This document shows, one piece after another, positions 44,665-55,338 of a stretch of 64,000 bases of DNA; position 1 is the stretch's first letter, and each line of letters begins with the position of its first letter. The notes below the pieces were generated by a model that worked only from the letters and a program-made list of their open reading frames with translations, had not been told where the DNA came from and did no database searches. Both the position numbers and the translations under genes were made by a program. The stretch comes from Escherichia coli (lineage in GTDB: Bacteria; Pseudomonadota; Gammaproteobacteria; Enterobacterales; Enterobacteriaceae), in assembly GCF_044324785.1 (NCBI RefSeq), contig NZ_CP172127.1; one strand, written 5' to 3'.

Positions 44665-45452
44665 ATCGTTCCACACTTTTCAGGATAATCTATTGGGGGG
44701 AGGGGATCTTTTCCTCTAAATCTAATTGCACCCACGCCTTGTTTGTCAGACCATTCGCCATTTGCATCCTGACGATACCAGTGATAATCCCCACCCATTC
44801 CTATAAAATTGTGAGGACGAATAAACAATTGAGCTTTATGGTAACCAGATGGACAACTCCCATTATCTAAATCCTTGGCACCATCATTTTTTGACGCTTC
44901 AAAAATACTACTACAAGTGAGTTTAGAAAACTCTTTTCCAGATAATTCTCCAGGTTGTAATCCTCCGCCGCCAAAAATCCTACTCCCAGGATTTCCATAC
45001 CTATTTAGAGCATATGAATAGCAATTATTTACGGCAAGATAATACGCATCTGAATTTAGTTCTCGATTGAATACTGGAGCAGGTTTATCAATTAAGCCCA
45101 GCGGATCAATAGAATAGGTTGGATGTATGGAAGCATATACATACTGATTCCACCCGCCTTCCAGCCCAATCGGATCCTGAGTGATATACCGCCCCTGCAG
45201 CGGGTCATAATAGCGGTGGCGGTTGTAATACAGGCCGGACTCCTCATCATACTGCTGCCCCGGCAGACGGATAAGCTGCTGCAGGTGCTGCGGGTTCTCT
45301 TCATTCAGCAGGTTGCCCCATTCATCATATTCTGCGCACCATTCTGTTGCCCCGTCAGGGCTGATAAGCGTCAGCGGCAGGCCGCGATAGTCGCAGTGGT
45401 AGAGGTGGATTATTCGCAGTGATCTATATGCCAACGTCATCTTATTTTTCAT
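44649..45452 (-). CDS. Orphan Rhs C-terminal fragment: end of Rhs core plus a distinct toxin domain
   Basis: 267 aa; N-terminal 120 aa nearly identical to the end of the rhsC core ([12 protein letters not shown]...[17 protein letters not shown]); C-terminal ~147 aa unique; own ATG with GGAG. Confidence 0.8.
   Translation of the reverse strand: MKNKMTLAYRSLRIIHLYHCDYRGLPLTLISPDGATEWCAEYDEWGNLLNEENPQHLQQLIRLPGQQYDEESGLYYNRHRYYDPLQGRYITQDPIGLEGGWNQYVYASIHPTYSIDPLGLIDKPAPVFNRELNSDAYYLAVNNCYSYALNRYGNPGSRIFGGGGLQPGELSGKEFSKLTCSSIFEASKNDGAKDLDNGSCPSGYHKAQLFIRPHNFIGMGGDYHWYRQDANGEWSDKQGVGAIRFRGKDPLPPIDYPEKCGTICLPN
45161..45410 (-). repeat. Rhs core-end repeat, orphan copy (~93% identical to 46481-46730)
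   Basis: Direct DNA repeat found by aligning the two stretches; offset exactly 1320 bp. Confidence 0.85.
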
Positions 45453-45504
45453 CTACTCCAACGAGTAGACAAGTTTTTTATTAAACCATTTATACCTTTT
45501 ACGA

Positions 45505-46008
45505 TTAAATTTTCTTATGTAATAGAGGTGAATAATCTTCCCAAAAATCCATACAAGCTTTACTTGCATAAAAGAATCCAGCGTCTGATTCATAAGACAT
45601 AAACTGTGCAATAATAGATAGTTGTATATCTGAAAAATTAAAAACAAAATTCAAAAAATCATCGTGATCCCGATACTCAGGACATAAATATTGTTGAATA
45701 AAATCGGATTCAAAAACCCAAAAATCATTCTTATTAAACAACGAGGCATAAATATACAGAGGGATGTAATAGCAGAATACTTTCTCAGGGAGGAATGTAA
45801 TTCCTAACTCTAAAGCATAAGAGTCATCCTTTATTTTAAAATTGTTGGCTATTTCATTCCATTGTTTCTTTTGGAAAAAATTATATACAATATCCAGTTC
45901 CTCCAGCCCTGTAATATCATTTGAAATATGAGGTAATGGCTGGCATGGGAAATGAATCATAAGTTCATCATAGACTGCACTCTCGTTAGAGAAAATTATT
46001 TTTTTCAT
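45505..46008 (-). CDS. Predicted cytoplasmic immunity protein for the rhsC C-terminal toxin
   Basis: AT-rich 167 aa ORF whose ATG (46006-46008) overlaps the rhsC TGA stop (46005-46007) in an ATGA arrangement; no signal peptide. Confidence 0.65.
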   Translation of the reverse strand: MKKIIFSNESAVYDELMIHFPCQPLPHISNDITGLEELDIVYNFFQKKQWNEIANNFKIKDDSYALELGITFLPEKVFCYYIPLYIYASLFNKNDFWVFESDFIQQYLCPEYRDHDDFLNFVFNFSDIQLSIIAQFMSYESDAGFFYASKACMDFWEDYSPLLHKKI

Positions 46009-49000
46009 TTTATTAAGCCACTGCAATCAGCTGCTGTTTTATATGCTTTATTCTCTTCTTCCATATGGGCCTTATCTCCACCACCAAAGCACTGATTATT
46101 AATCTGCTTTCTGACCGAAGCGCACGCCAAATTTATCTCGTACCGTCTCAATATTTCTTTTCTCAGCATCTGAGGAGCGCAAGCTCTAGACTGGTTACAT
46201 AATCTGTTTTTTTCATTTTGTAAGTCACTCAGGTTCTGGGGACTACAGTTACCACCAGGATTTACACCTGACTTATGTTCATCTGTTAATTTGTCGGCTT
46301 CTGGATTAACTTTACGGCCATATTGATCTCTGCGTTGTTGCCCACTTTGGATAACACCACCTGATGAAAACAAACCGCAACTCATCAGTGCTACAACACC
46401 AAGAATTAACGGATTTAACCCTTGTGGGTCTATCTCTGAGATCGGATTTAACGGATACTGATAAAAATTCCATCCCCCCTTCAGTCCAATCGGATCCTGA
46501 GTGATATACCGCCCCTTCAGCGGGTCATAATAGCGGTGGCGGTTGTAATACAGGCCGGACTCCTCATCATACTGCTGACCCGGCAGGCGGATGAGCTGCT
46601 GCAGCTGGTGCGGGTTCTCTTCATTCAGCAGGTTGCCCCATTCATCGTATTCTGCGCACCATTCTGTTGCCCCTTCCGTGCTGACAAGCGCCAGCGGCAG
46701 GCCGCGATGGTCGCAGTGGTACAGGTGGATTTTTCGCGCCGGCGTGTACACCGGGTCCATCTGGTTTTGTATCTGCTCCACCGTCAGGCCGCACGATGCC
46801 AGCCAGCGGCGGCTTTCCTCACTCACCCGGTCAGCCAGGATTTCACTTTCCAGCCGGTCGAGCATCTGCACCAGCACCGGCGGGAACACCACACTGCCAC
46901 CGTCTTCACCGCCGGACTGCTGAAGCGCATCCGCCAGGCTGCGGCGCTGCGTTTTCGCCAGCTCACCGGTGGCGGTTTCGACCCTGATGAGTGGCGTGAA
47001 GCTCCCCGGCTGATAAACCGTCTGGATGCGGGTTCTGTCGTTCTGTATCGTGGTCAGCCGGTCGCCGTCCCAGCCGTACCAGGTCACTTCCGGTTTCCGT
47101 GACAGCGACATCCAGCCCGTCAGGTCCCGTTCACGCCGCCACACCCGTTTTGCCACCCTGCGGCCCAGCGGGTCGTAAAGATAGCGACTTTCGACCAGCG
47201 GCTCTGCATATTGTGTCCGCGTGTAGTGCACCAGCCGGTGCCGGCTGTCGTAATGGTACTGGTGAGTCCGCTCATCATCCGTGCGGATAACCCCTTCCGG
47301 GATGAGGTCGGTTTTCTCTGTCAGCCTGCCGTGACGGTCATACCGGTAAAGATAGTGCGCGTCACGGGCGATACGGTTATCCGGCCACATGCTGAGGGTG
47401 CTGTCCGGGTGCAGCTCCGGGTCGGGCAGGCGGTTGCCTGCCGGGTCCGTGGCATACGGGATGCGGATATCAAGGTTCGCTGCCGTGGTGTGGACGCCGG
47501 TCAGCCTGCCGGTGTCGCTGTAGCTGTAACTCCGGGTCTGGCGCGGGCTGCTGATGCGGATGAGTTCGCCGTTGTCGTTCCAGGTGTAATCGCGGTCATA
47601 CTGCAGGCTGTTCAGGTGCTGGCTCTGTAACTGCCCGGCAGAGGTATAAGCGGTGGTGAGTTCATAACGGCCGAAGCTGCGCAGCGTTTCCCGGTGCAGG
47701 CGGTCGCGGGTATACTCCACCAGCGGTGTGTCGCCGAGTTTCATGCCTGCCAGCCAGCCGCTGCCGTAAGTCAGCCATTCCACGGCGGGCAGGCTGTCCG
47801 GTATACAGCGGTTCGCCAGCCCCTGCGCGTTGTACGCATGTCTGGTTTCATGCTGCCAGAGCAGTGCTTCCGTCTGCGGGTGATGCACCGTCTGGCGCTC
47901 ACCGGTCAGGCGGCCTTTCTCATCATACCCGTAATGCACCGTCACCCGGTGGCCTTCGCTGAGATGGCTGATGCCTGTCAGCCAGCCGCGTTCGTCATAC
48001 TGCCACTGCTCTGCAGGTTCACCCTTCACGGTACGCTGCGTGATGCGGTCTGCTTCGTCATAGTGCCAGTGGGTGACCAGCCCCTCATCCTCGCTGCGGA
48101 TAAGTTTGCCGGTCAGGTCGTGGTGATAACGCTGTGTACGGCCGTCAAAGCCGGTTTCCTGTATCAGCCGGTCGAGTACATCGTAACGGAAGGTGGTGTG
48201 GCTGCCGTTTTCACTGGTCAGGCGGATGACCCGTCCGGCAGCATCGTATTCCATACTGCGCGTCAGACCGCCCTGCGTGGTACGGATGGCCTTTCCCCAC
48301 GCATCGTACTGTGTCCCGTTTCTGCTGCCGTCCGGGGCAATGACGGCGGTCAGGTCACCGGCGGCGTTGTATTCATACCGCGTTTCATGGCCCTGCATGT
48401 CTTTCACCGCAATTAACTGTCCACGGCTGTCGTATGCGCGGTACTGGCTCAGGCCTTCCTCGCGGTGCACCGCCGTCACCTGACCAAAACGGTCATGGTC
48501 ATAACGGGTTACATAACCGGAACAGTCAGTGACGGTCAGCAACTGACCGTAACGGCTCCATGTCATGGTTTTCCGGCTGCCGGTGGCATCTTCCGTTGCG
48601 CAGGGTAAGTCACTGTGTGGATTATCATAACGGTAGCGGGTGATATCGCCGTTGTGTGCGGTTTCCTGAATCAGACGGCCGGATTCATCATATTCCCGGC
48701 GCAACTCCAGCCCGTCAGTCCCGGTGGCTGACGTTAACTGGTTGTGGTGGTTATAGTAAAACGCCGATGCCCTGCCATCCGGTGTGGTGATGCGCGTGAT
48801 GAGTCCCGTCACCACATCCGGGCTGTACTCAGTCGTCCGGCCTGCGGCATCCGTCTGTGCCTTAAGCCTGCCCACCGCGTCAAACTGACTCTGCGTGACG
48901 CTGCCGTCCGCGTGTTCCTTTTTCACCACCCGCTTCAGCCCGCCTTCGCCCTGCGTGTGCAGGACTTCACGGCGGTCCAGGCTGTCGGTGATGGTGATGT

Positions 49001-50156
49001 GGTCTTTCTCATACTGATACGTGTAGCTTAAGCCTGCCGGGTTTAGCTGTTCTGTCACCCGCCCGTCACTGTCGTAACGGTAACGGATTTCCGGCCGGCC
49101 CGTGTGACGGTGCGCCACCATCCGGCCCCGGTATTTATCATCGTAAGTAAAGCTGCGCACCTGTGTGCCGCTGCGGTCATACACCGCCGCCAGTTCGCCG
49201 CGTGGCGTCCAGCCATAGCGTACCAGCGGCGCGGCTGGCAGGTTGTCCGGATATTCCGGGTCGTGCGTCAGCCACACGGCAGACAGACGGATGCCGTTGT
49301 CCCGGCCATATTCGGTGTAACCCGGCAGGGTATCAGGAAAAGCGGACGGTTCCGCCCCGCCGGAAATGGCCTGCTGCCGGGCCTCTTCTGCCCGCAACGC
49401 CTGCGTGGTCAGTACCAGCCGGAAGTGACGCCCGGCACCATCCGTCACGCCGGTGATTTCGCCGCTGAATTCGCCGCCAGCCTCACGGTGGAACGTCTGT
49501 GTGCGCCCGAAGCGGTCCACCAGCCCGGTCAGTACCCGGTACGGCGGCAGTGGCGCAGGCAGCACCTCATCCGCCTCCGGCACCCGCTCACACCAGCCGA
49601 GTACCCACCACGGCCCCTGCGGACTGTTCGTCGCCAGATAACGATGCGGACTCAGGCGAAGCTCTTCCGGCAGCGCCTGCCAGAGTGCGGCCAGCCGGTG
49701 ACCTTCATCCAGTTTCGCCACGCCGCCGCGCACCAGCCAGAGTGACTCGCTGCGGCTGTAACCGTCCTCACCGGGAAACAGGTGCTCAAAATACAGGCTT
49801 CTGCCGCCGTTATCACTGAGTATCAGTGTGTTATCGCGCAGCTGTAAGCGGATATCCGCAGGCATTTTCCAGCCGGGGCCGAGGCTCCCCACCGGCGCGG
49901 GCGTTTTTGTCCGGTAACTGCTGTAGGTGCGGGAGAGGATGAACGGCAGCGGGCCGGGCAGGGCAAGGTCGGTTTCTCCGGGAAGGACCTTCGCACCGAG
50001 CAGCGGATTGACCGGATGGCCGGACGTCACCCCGCCGGGGCACACCGAACAGGCCACGCCGGTGGGGGCACCAATACGTACCCCGGCTGAACCCTGAACA
50101 ATGCTACCGCCATACTGCGTCATGTCGCCCTGACGCGCCGCCGGTTTTCCGCTCAT
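46005..50156 (-). CDS. rhsC: Rhs family polymorphic toxin (rhsC-like): YD-repeat core plus 136 aa C-terminal toxin domain
   Basis: 1383 aa; N-terminus [29 protein letters not shown]; YD/RHS repeats; core ends at ...DPQGL; GC-rich core versus AT-rich tip; position next to ybfA as for K-12 rhsC. Confidence 0.93.
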   Translation of the reverse strand: MSGKPAARQGDMTQYGGSIVQGSAGVRIGAPTGVACSVCPGGVTSGHPVNPLLGAKVLPGETDLALPGPLPFILSRTYSSYRTKTPAPVGSLGPGWKMPADIRLQLRDNTLILSDNGGRSLYFEHLFPGEDGYSRSESLWLVRGGVAKLDEGHRLAALWQALPEELRLSPHRYLATNSPQGPWWVLGWCERVPEADEVLPAPLPPYRVLTGLVDRFGRTQTFHREAGGEFSGEITGVTDGAGRHFRLVLTTQALRAEEARQQAISGGAEPSAFPDTLPGYTEYGRDNGIRLSAVWLTHDPEYPDNLPAAPLVRYGWTPRGELAAVYDRSGTQVRSFTYDDKYRGRMVAHRHTGRPEIRYRYDSDGRVTEQLNPAGLSYTYQYEKDHITITDSLDRREVLHTQGEGGLKRVVKKEHADGSVTQSQFDAVGRLKAQTDAAGRTTEYSPDVVTGLITRITTPDGRASAFYYNHHNQLTSATGTDGLELRREYDESGRLIQETAHNGDITRYRYDNPHSDLPCATEDATGSRKTMTWSRYGQLLTVTDCSGYVTRYDHDRFGQVTAVHREEGLSQYRAYDSRGQLIAVKDMQGHETRYEYNAAGDLTAVIAPDGSRNGTQYDAWGKAIRTTQGGLTRSMEYDAAGRVIRLTSENGSHTTFRYDVLDRLIQETGFDGRTQRYHHDLTGKLIRSEDEGLVTHWHYDEADRITQRTVKGEPAEQWQYDERGWLTGISHLSEGHRVTVHYGYDEKGRLTGERQTVHHPQTEALLWQHETRHAYNAQGLANRCIPDSLPAVEWLTYGSGWLAGMKLGDTPLVEYTRDRLHRETLRSFGRYELTTAYTSAGQLQSQHLNSLQYDRDYTWNDNGELIRISSPRQTRSYSYSDTGRLTGVHTTAANLDIRIPYATDPAGNRLPDPELHPDSTLSMWPDNRIARDAHYLYRYDRHGRLTEKTDLIPEGVIRTDDERTHQYHYDSRHRLVHYTRTQYAEPLVESRYLYDPLGRRVAKRVWRRERDLTGWMSLSRKPEVTWYGWDGDRLTTIQNDRTRIQTVYQPGSFTPLIRVETATGELAKTQRRSLADALQQSGGEDGGSVVFPPVLVQMLDRLESEILADRVSEESRRWLASCGLTVEQIQNQMDPVYTPARKIHLYHCDHRGLPLALVSTEGATEWCAEYDEWGNLLNEENPHQLQQLIRLPGQQYDEESGLYYNRHRYYDPLKGRYITQDPIGLKGGWNFYQYPLNPISEIDPQGLNPLILGVVALMSCGLFSSGGVIQSGQQRRDQYGRKVNPEADKLTDEHKSGVNPGGNCSPQNLSDLQNEKNRLCNQSRACAPQMLRKEILRRYEINLACASVRKQINNQCFGGGDKAHMEEENKAYKTAADCSGLIK
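46481..46730 (-). repeat. Rhs core-end repeat, full-length rhsC copy
   Basis: Partner of 45161-45410. Confidence 0.85.
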
Positions 50157-50343
50157 CTGCTCATCCTTGTTTTATCGGGTTATTTGTCTGCTGACAGGCG
50201 AAACCCTACAGATTTATAAGAAAGCCTTAAGTGAGATATCCGTCAGATAGAAACAATTAGGAAAATATTTATATATGTTTCATGAATATATGTTTCGATT
50301 GGTATAACGGTGTCTAAATATTCCTCTGAACATCTTCCTGATA

Positions 50344-50378
50344 CAAAAAAACCGCCAGCGTTTCCGCTGGCGGTTTTC
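50344..50378 (-). terminator. Intrinsic terminator downstream of ybfA
   Basis: AAAAAAACCGCCAGCG-loop-CGCTGGCGGTTTTC; stem plus T-tract on the minus strand directly after the ybfA stop. Confidence 0.6.
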
Positions 50379-50399
50379 AATGTATTCAGAACTCAGCAA

Positions 50400-50606
50400 T
50401 CAGTAAAAATCACCAGTTGCCTTTTCTGCCTGATCCATCCACACCGGTTTCTCGCTGGTTTTCGACCAGACGCGGTGCAGGTAGCTGTAAAAGCGGGCGC
50501 GGTCTTTCCAGAAAAGCATGAAAGGCAGCGCCAGAACGCCCGCTGCAACCGCATAAGTACGGCGTAAAAAGATAAGCCATGCAGGATATTCTCTGTAGAG
50601 TTCCAT
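50400..50606 (-). CDS. ybfA: Small protein YbfA (DUF2517)
   Basis: 68 aa ([68 protein letters not shown]). Confidence 0.9.
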   Translation of the reverse strand: MELYREYPAWLIFLRRTYAVAAGVLALPFMLFWKDRARFYSYLHRVWSKTSEKPVWMDQAEKATGDFY

Positions 50607-50820
50607 ACTTTTCTCCCCCTTTTGTATCTACCCGGTGAGGTGAATGGCACCGGAAAAATGAATTTGTTTATCTGATGAAAATAGTACCGCCTTTTGTGTA
50701 ATTTTACTACTCATCCGACCACTTATTTTTGCTTATTGATGGTTTATTTACATTCACCGTGTAATTAAGTTACACAAAAGTTAAATTAATACTAACCATC
50801 AGTTAAATCATGGCTTTTGC

Positions 50821-50850
50821 CATTTTTATACTTTTTTTACATCCCGCCCG
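50821..50850 (+). promoter_or_regulatory. KdpE binding site / kdpFABC promoter
   Basis: CATTTTTATACTTTTTTTACATCCCGCCCG about 75 bp upstream of kdpF; matches the KdpE-protected T-rich box as I recall it. Confidence 0.55.
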
Positions 50851-50923
50851 AAGATTTTTGCGAAATCTTTGCAGCCAGAATTCTACCCTTCCGGTATCAC
50901 TTTTAGGCCACTGGAGGTGCACT

Positions 50924-51013
50924 GTGAGTGCAGGCGTGATAGCCGGCGTGTTGCTGGTGTTTTTATTACTGGGTTATCTGGTTTATGCCCTGATCAATGC
51001 GGAGGCGTTCTGA
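50924..51013 (+). CDS. kdpF: Kdp ATPase small subunit KdpF (29 aa)
   Basis: GTG start after GGAGG; translation (M)[28 protein letters not shown]; stop overlaps the kdpA ATG. Confidence 0.85.
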   Translation: MSAGVIAGVLLVFLLLGYLVYALINAEAF

Positions 51014-52686
51014 TGGCTGCGCAAGGGTTCTTACTGATTGCCACGTTTTTACTGGTGTTAATGGTGCTGGCACGTCCTTTAGGCAGCGGGCTGGCGCGGC
51101 TGATTAATGACATACCTCTTCCCGGTACAGCGGGTGTTGAACGCGTACTTTTTCGTTTACCTGGCGTCTCTGACAGTGAGATGAACTGGAAGCAGTATCT
51201 CTGTGCCATTCTCGGCCTGAACATGCTGGGGCTGGCGGTGCTGTTTTTTATGTTGCTCGGTCAGCACTATCTGCCGCTTAATCCACAGCAGTTGCCGGGG
51301 CTGTCGTGGGATCTGGCGCTGAATACTGCCGTCAGCTTTGTCACCAATACCAACTGGCAATCTTACAGCGGTGAAACCACGTTGAGCTATTTCAGCCAGA
51401 TGGCGGGCTTAACGGTGCAAAACTTTCTTTCTGCCGCCAGCGGGATTGCGGTGATTTTTGCCCTCATCCGTGCGTTTACCCGCCAGAGCATGAGCACACT
51501 CGGGAATGCCTGGGTCGATCTGTTACGCATCACGTTATGGGTGCTAGTCCCTGTGGCGTTGTTGATCGCACTGTTTTTTATTCAACAAGGTGCACTGCAA
51601 AACTTTCTGCCCTATCAGGCGGTGAATACCGTTGAAGGAGCGCAACAGCTGTTACCCATGGGTCCGGTGGCTTCTCAGGAAGCGATCAAGATGCTCGGTA
51701 CTAACGGCGGTGGCTTCTTTAATGCCAACTCGTCGCATCCGTTTGAAAACCCAACCGCACTGACCAACTTCGTGCAGATGCTGGCGATCTTCTTGATCCC
51801 AACAGCGCTGTGCTTTGCCTTTGGTGAAGTGGCAGGCGATCGCCGCCAGGGGCGCATGTTGCTGTGGGCGATGTCAGTGATTTTTGTCATCTGCGTAGGC
51901 GTGGTGATGTGGGCAGAAGTTCAGGGTAATCCTCATCTGCTGGCACTGGGTGCGGACAGCAGCATCAATATGGAAGGTAAAGAGAGCCGTTTCGGCGTGT
52001 TGGTCAGTAGCCTGTTTGCGGTCGTGACTACGGCGGCGTCCTGTGGCGCGGTGATTGCGATGCATGATTCGTTTACCGCTCTCGGCGGCATGGTGCCGAT
52101 GTGGCTGATGCAAATTGGTGAAGTGGTGTTCGGCGGTGTCGGTTCTGGTCTTTACGGCATGATGCTGTTTGTCCTGCTGGCGGTGTTTATTGCCGGGCTG
52201 ATGATTGGTCGTACGCCGGAATATCTGGGTAAAAAAATCGACGTACGCGAGATGAAACTGACCGCACTGGCGATTCTGGTCACCCCGACGCTAGTGCTGA
52301 TGGGCGCGGCGCTGGCAATGATGACCGACGCCGGACGTAGCGCCATGCTCAACCCGGGCCCGCATGGTTTTAGCGAAGTGCTGTACGCCGTGTCGTCCGC
52401 CGCTAACAACAACGGCAGCGCCTTTGCCGGATTAAGCGCCAACTCCCCATTCTGGAACTGTTTGCTGGCGTTCTGCATGTTTGTTGGTCGCTTCGGGGTG
52501 ATTATTCCGGTGATGGCAATTGCTGGTTCGCTGGTGAGTAAAAAGAGCCAACCCGCCAGCTCCGGCACACTGCCTACGCACGGCCCGCTGTTTGTTGGCC
52601 TGTTAATCGGCACCGTGTTGCTGGTTGGCGCACTGACCTTTATCCCTGCCCTGGCGCTTGGTCCGGTGGCGGAATATCTCTCCTGA
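51013..52686 (+). CDS. kdpA: K+-transporting ATPase subunit A
   Basis: 557 aa starting [24 protein letters not shown]. Confidence 0.96.
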   Translation: MAAQGFLLIATFLLVLMVLARPLGSGLARLINDIPLPGTAGVERVLFRLPGVSDSEMNWKQYLCAILGLNMLGLAVLFFMLLGQHYLPLNPQQLPGLSWDLALNTAVSFVTNTNWQSYSGETTLSYFSQMAGLTVQNFLSAASGIAVIFALIRAFTRQSMSTLGNAWVDLLRITLWVLVPVALLIALFFIQQGALQNFLPYQAVNTVEGAQQLLPMGPVASQEAIKMLGTNGGGFFNANSSHPFENPTALTNFVQMLAIFLIPTALCFAFGEVAGDRRQGRMLLWAMSVIFVICVGVVMWAEVQGNPHLLALGADSSINMEGKESRFGVLVSSLFAVVTTAASCGAVIAMHDSFTALGGMVPMWLMQIGEVVFGGVGSGLYGMMLFVLLAVFIAGLMIGRTPEYLGKKIDVREMKLTALAILVTPTLVLMGAALAMMTDAGRSAMLNPGPHGFSEVLYAVSSAANNNGSAFAGLSANSPFWNCLLAFCMFVGRFGVIIPVMAIAGSLVSKKSQPASSGTLPTHGPLFVGLLIGTVLLVGALTFIPALALGPVAEYLS

Positions 52687-52708
52687 TGATATTGAGTGAG
52701 CACTGAAT

Positions 52709-54757
52709 ATGAGTCGTAAACAACTGGCGCTATTCGAACCAACACTTGTCGTTCAGGCGCTGAAAGAAGCGGTGAAAAAATTAAACCCGCAGGCGCAATG
52801 GCGCAATCCGGTGATGTTTATCGTCTGGATCGGCAGTCTGTTAACCACCTTTATTAGCATCGCGATGGCAAGCGGTGCGATGCCTGGCAATGCGCTGTTT
52901 AGCGCGGCAATTAGCGGCTGGCTGTGGGTCACCGTACTGTTCGCTAATTTCGCCGAGGCGCTGGCAGAAGGCCGCAGTAAAGCGCAGGCCAACAGTCTGA
53001 AAGGGGTGAAAAAAACTGCCTTTGCCCGCAAGCTTCGTGAGCCGAAATATGGCGCTGCGGCAGACAAAGTTCCTGCCGATCAACTGCGTAAAGGCGATAT
53101 CGTACTGGTGGAAGCTGGCGATATTATCCCCTGCGATGGTGAAGTCATTGAAGGGGGCGCATCGGTCGATGAAAGCGCCATCACCGGGGAATCGGCACCG
53201 GTGATCCGTGAATCCGGCGGCGATTTTGCCTCCGTCACTGGCGGCACGCGTATTCTTTCTGACTGGCTGGTGATTGAGTGTAGCGTTAACCCCGGCGAGA
53301 CATTTCTGGATCGGATGATCGCGATGGTGGAAGGCGCACAGCGACGTAAAACGCCGAACGAGATTGCCCTGACCATCCTGCTGATTGCCCTGACTATCGT
53401 CTTTTTACTGGCAACCGCCACGCTGTGGCCGTTTTCCGCGTGGGGCGGTAATGCAGTCAGCGTAACGGTACTGGTGGCGCTGCTGGTCTGTCTGATCCCA
53501 ACCACTATTGGCGGCCTGTTGTCAGCGATCGGCGTCGCCGGGATGAGCCGGATGCTGGGCGCGAATGTGATTGCCACCAGCGGACGTGCAGTTGAAGCGG
53601 CGGGTGACGTTGACGTCCTGCTACTGGATAAAACCGGCACCATCACACTCGGTAACCGTCAGGCGTCGGAGTTTATCCCCGCGCAAGGCGTGGATGAAAA
53701 AACGCTGGCTGACGCCGCACAACTGGCTTCGCTGGCTGATGAAACGCCAGAAGGCCGCAGTATTGTGATCCTCGCCAAGCAGCGTTTTAACCTGCGCGAG
53801 CGCGATGTGCAGTCGCTCCATGCCACCTTTGTACCGTTTACTGCGCAAAGCCGGATGAGCGGGATCAACATCGACAACCGCATGATCCGTAAAGGTTCTG
53901 TCGATGCCATTCGCCGCCATGTTGAGGCTAACGGTGGTCACTTCCCTGCCGATGTTGATCAAAAAGTCGATCAGGTTGCGCGTCAGGGAGCCACGCCGCT
54001 GGTGGTGGTGGAAGGTTCCCGCGTGCTGGGCGTTATTGCGCTGAAAGATATCGTTAAAGGCGGTATTAAAGAGCGCTTCGCCCAACTGCGCAAAATGGGC
54101 ATTAAAACGGTGATGATTACCGGCGATAACCGTCTGACTGCCGCTGCGATTGCTGCGGAAGCGGGCGTCGATGATTTCCTCGCTGAAGCGACACCGGAGG
54201 CCAAGCTGGCACTGATCCGTCAGTATCAGGCGGAAGGCCGTTTGGTGGCGATGACCGGCGACGGCACCAACGATGCTCCGGCGCTGGCGCAGGCAGATGT
54301 CGCGGTGGCGATGAACTCCGGTACTCAGGCGGCGAAAGAAGCGGGCAATATGGTGGATCTCGACTCTAACCCGACCAAGTTGATCGAGGTGGTACATATT
54401 GGCAAACAGATGCTGATGACCCGTGGCTCGCTGACCACCTTCAGCATTGCCAACGATGTGGCGAAATACTTCGCCATTATTCCGGCGGCGTTCGCGGCAA
54501 CGTATCCGCAGTTAAATGCGCTGAACATCATGCGCCTGCATTCGCCCGACTCCGCCATTCTCAGTGCGGTCATTTTCAACGCCTTGATTATCGTCTTTTT
54601 GATTCCCCTGGCGTTAAAAGGCGTGAGTTATAAACCGCTTACCGCTTCTGCCATGTTGCGCCGTAACTTATGGATTTACGGTCTGGGTGGGCTGCTGGTG
54701 CCATTTATTGGTATCAAAGTCATTGATTTACTGCTGACCGTTTGCGGTCTGGTGTGA
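52709..54757 (+). CDS. kdpB: K+-transporting P-type ATPase subunit B
   Basis: 682 aa with P-type ATPase motifs ([17 protein letters not shown]). Confidence 0.97.
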   Translation: MSRKQLALFEPTLVVQALKEAVKKLNPQAQWRNPVMFIVWIGSLLTTFISIAMASGAMPGNALFSAAISGWLWVTVLFANFAEALAEGRSKAQANSLKGVKKTAFARKLREPKYGAAADKVPADQLRKGDIVLVEAGDIIPCDGEVIEGGASVDESAITGESAPVIRESGGDFASVTGGTRILSDWLVIECSVNPGETFLDRMIAMVEGAQRRKTPNEIALTILLIALTIVFLLATATLWPFSAWGGNAVSVTVLVALLVCLIPTTIGGLLSAIGVAGMSRMLGANVIATSGRAVEAAGDVDVLLLDKTGTITLGNRQASEFIPAQGVDEKTLADAAQLASLADETPEGRSIVILAKQRFNLRERDVQSLHATFVPFTAQSRMSGINIDNRMIRKGSVDAIRRHVEANGGHFPADVDQKVDQVARQGATPLVVVEGSRVLGVIALKDIVKGGIKERFAQLRKMGIKTVMITGDNRLTAAAIAAEAGVDDFLAEATPEAKLALIRQYQAEGRLVAMTGDGTNDAPALAQADVAVAMNSGTQAAKEAGNMVDLDSNPTKLIEVVHIGKQMLMTRGSLTTFSIANDVAKYFAIIPAAFAATYPQLNALNIMRLHSPDSAILSAVIFNALIIVFLIPLALKGVSYKPLTASAMLRRNLWIYGLGGLLVPFIGIKVIDLLLTVCGLV

Positions 54758-54765
54758 GGTTTACC

Positions 54766-55338
54766 ATGCGTGGATTACGTCCGGCATTATCGACATTTAT
54801 CTTTCTGTTATTGATTACTGGCGGCGTTTACCCGCTGCTGACCACCGCGCTGGGGCAATGGTGGTTTCCCTGGCAGGCCAACGGTTCGTTGATCCGTGAA
54901 GGTGATACGGTGCGCGGTTCGGCATTAATCGGGCAGAATTTTTCCGGCAACGGCTATTTTCATGGTCGCCCGTCGGCAACGGCAGAAATGCCCTATAATC
55001 CACAGGCTTCTGGCGGGAGCAATCTGGCGGTCAGTAACCCTGAGCTGGATAAACTAATAGCCGCACGCGTTGCTGCATTACGGGCCGCTAACCCGGATGC
55101 CAGCGCGAACGTTCCGGTTGAACTGGTGACGGCATCGGCAAGCGGGCTGGACAATAACATCACCCAGCAAGCGGCGGCCTGGCAGATCCCACGCGTGGCG
55201 AAAGCGCGTAATCTCAGCGTTGAACAGCTCACGCAACTGATCGCAAAATACAGCCAACAACCGCTGGTGAAATATATCGGCCAGCCGGTCGTCAACATTG
55301 TCGAACTCAATCTGGCGCTGGATAAGCTTGATGAATAA
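54766..55338 (+). CDS. kdpC: K+-transporting ATPase subunit C
   Basis: 190 aa starting [20 protein letters not shown]. Confidence 0.95.
   Translation: MRGLRPALSTFIFLLLITGGVYPLLTTALGQWWFPWQANGSLIREGDTVRGSALIGQNFSGNGYFHGRPSATAEMPYNPQASGGSNLAVSNPELDKLIAARVAALRAANPDASANVPVELVTASASGLDNNITQQAAAWQIPRVAKARNLSVEQLTQLIAKYSQQPLVKYIGQPVVNIVELNLALDKLDE

Noticed and set aside
45453-45647. 64 aa minus-strand ORF between the orphan Rhs toxin and the rhsC immunity gene
   Set aside because: Overlaps the 3' end of the immunity gene in another frame; extremely AT-rich; no RBS.
46536-49819. Multiple plus-strand ORFs (up to 240 aa) antisense to rhsC
   Set aside because: The GC-rich Rhs core gives long stop-free antisense frames; Ala/Arg/Pro-rich, no starts with RBS.
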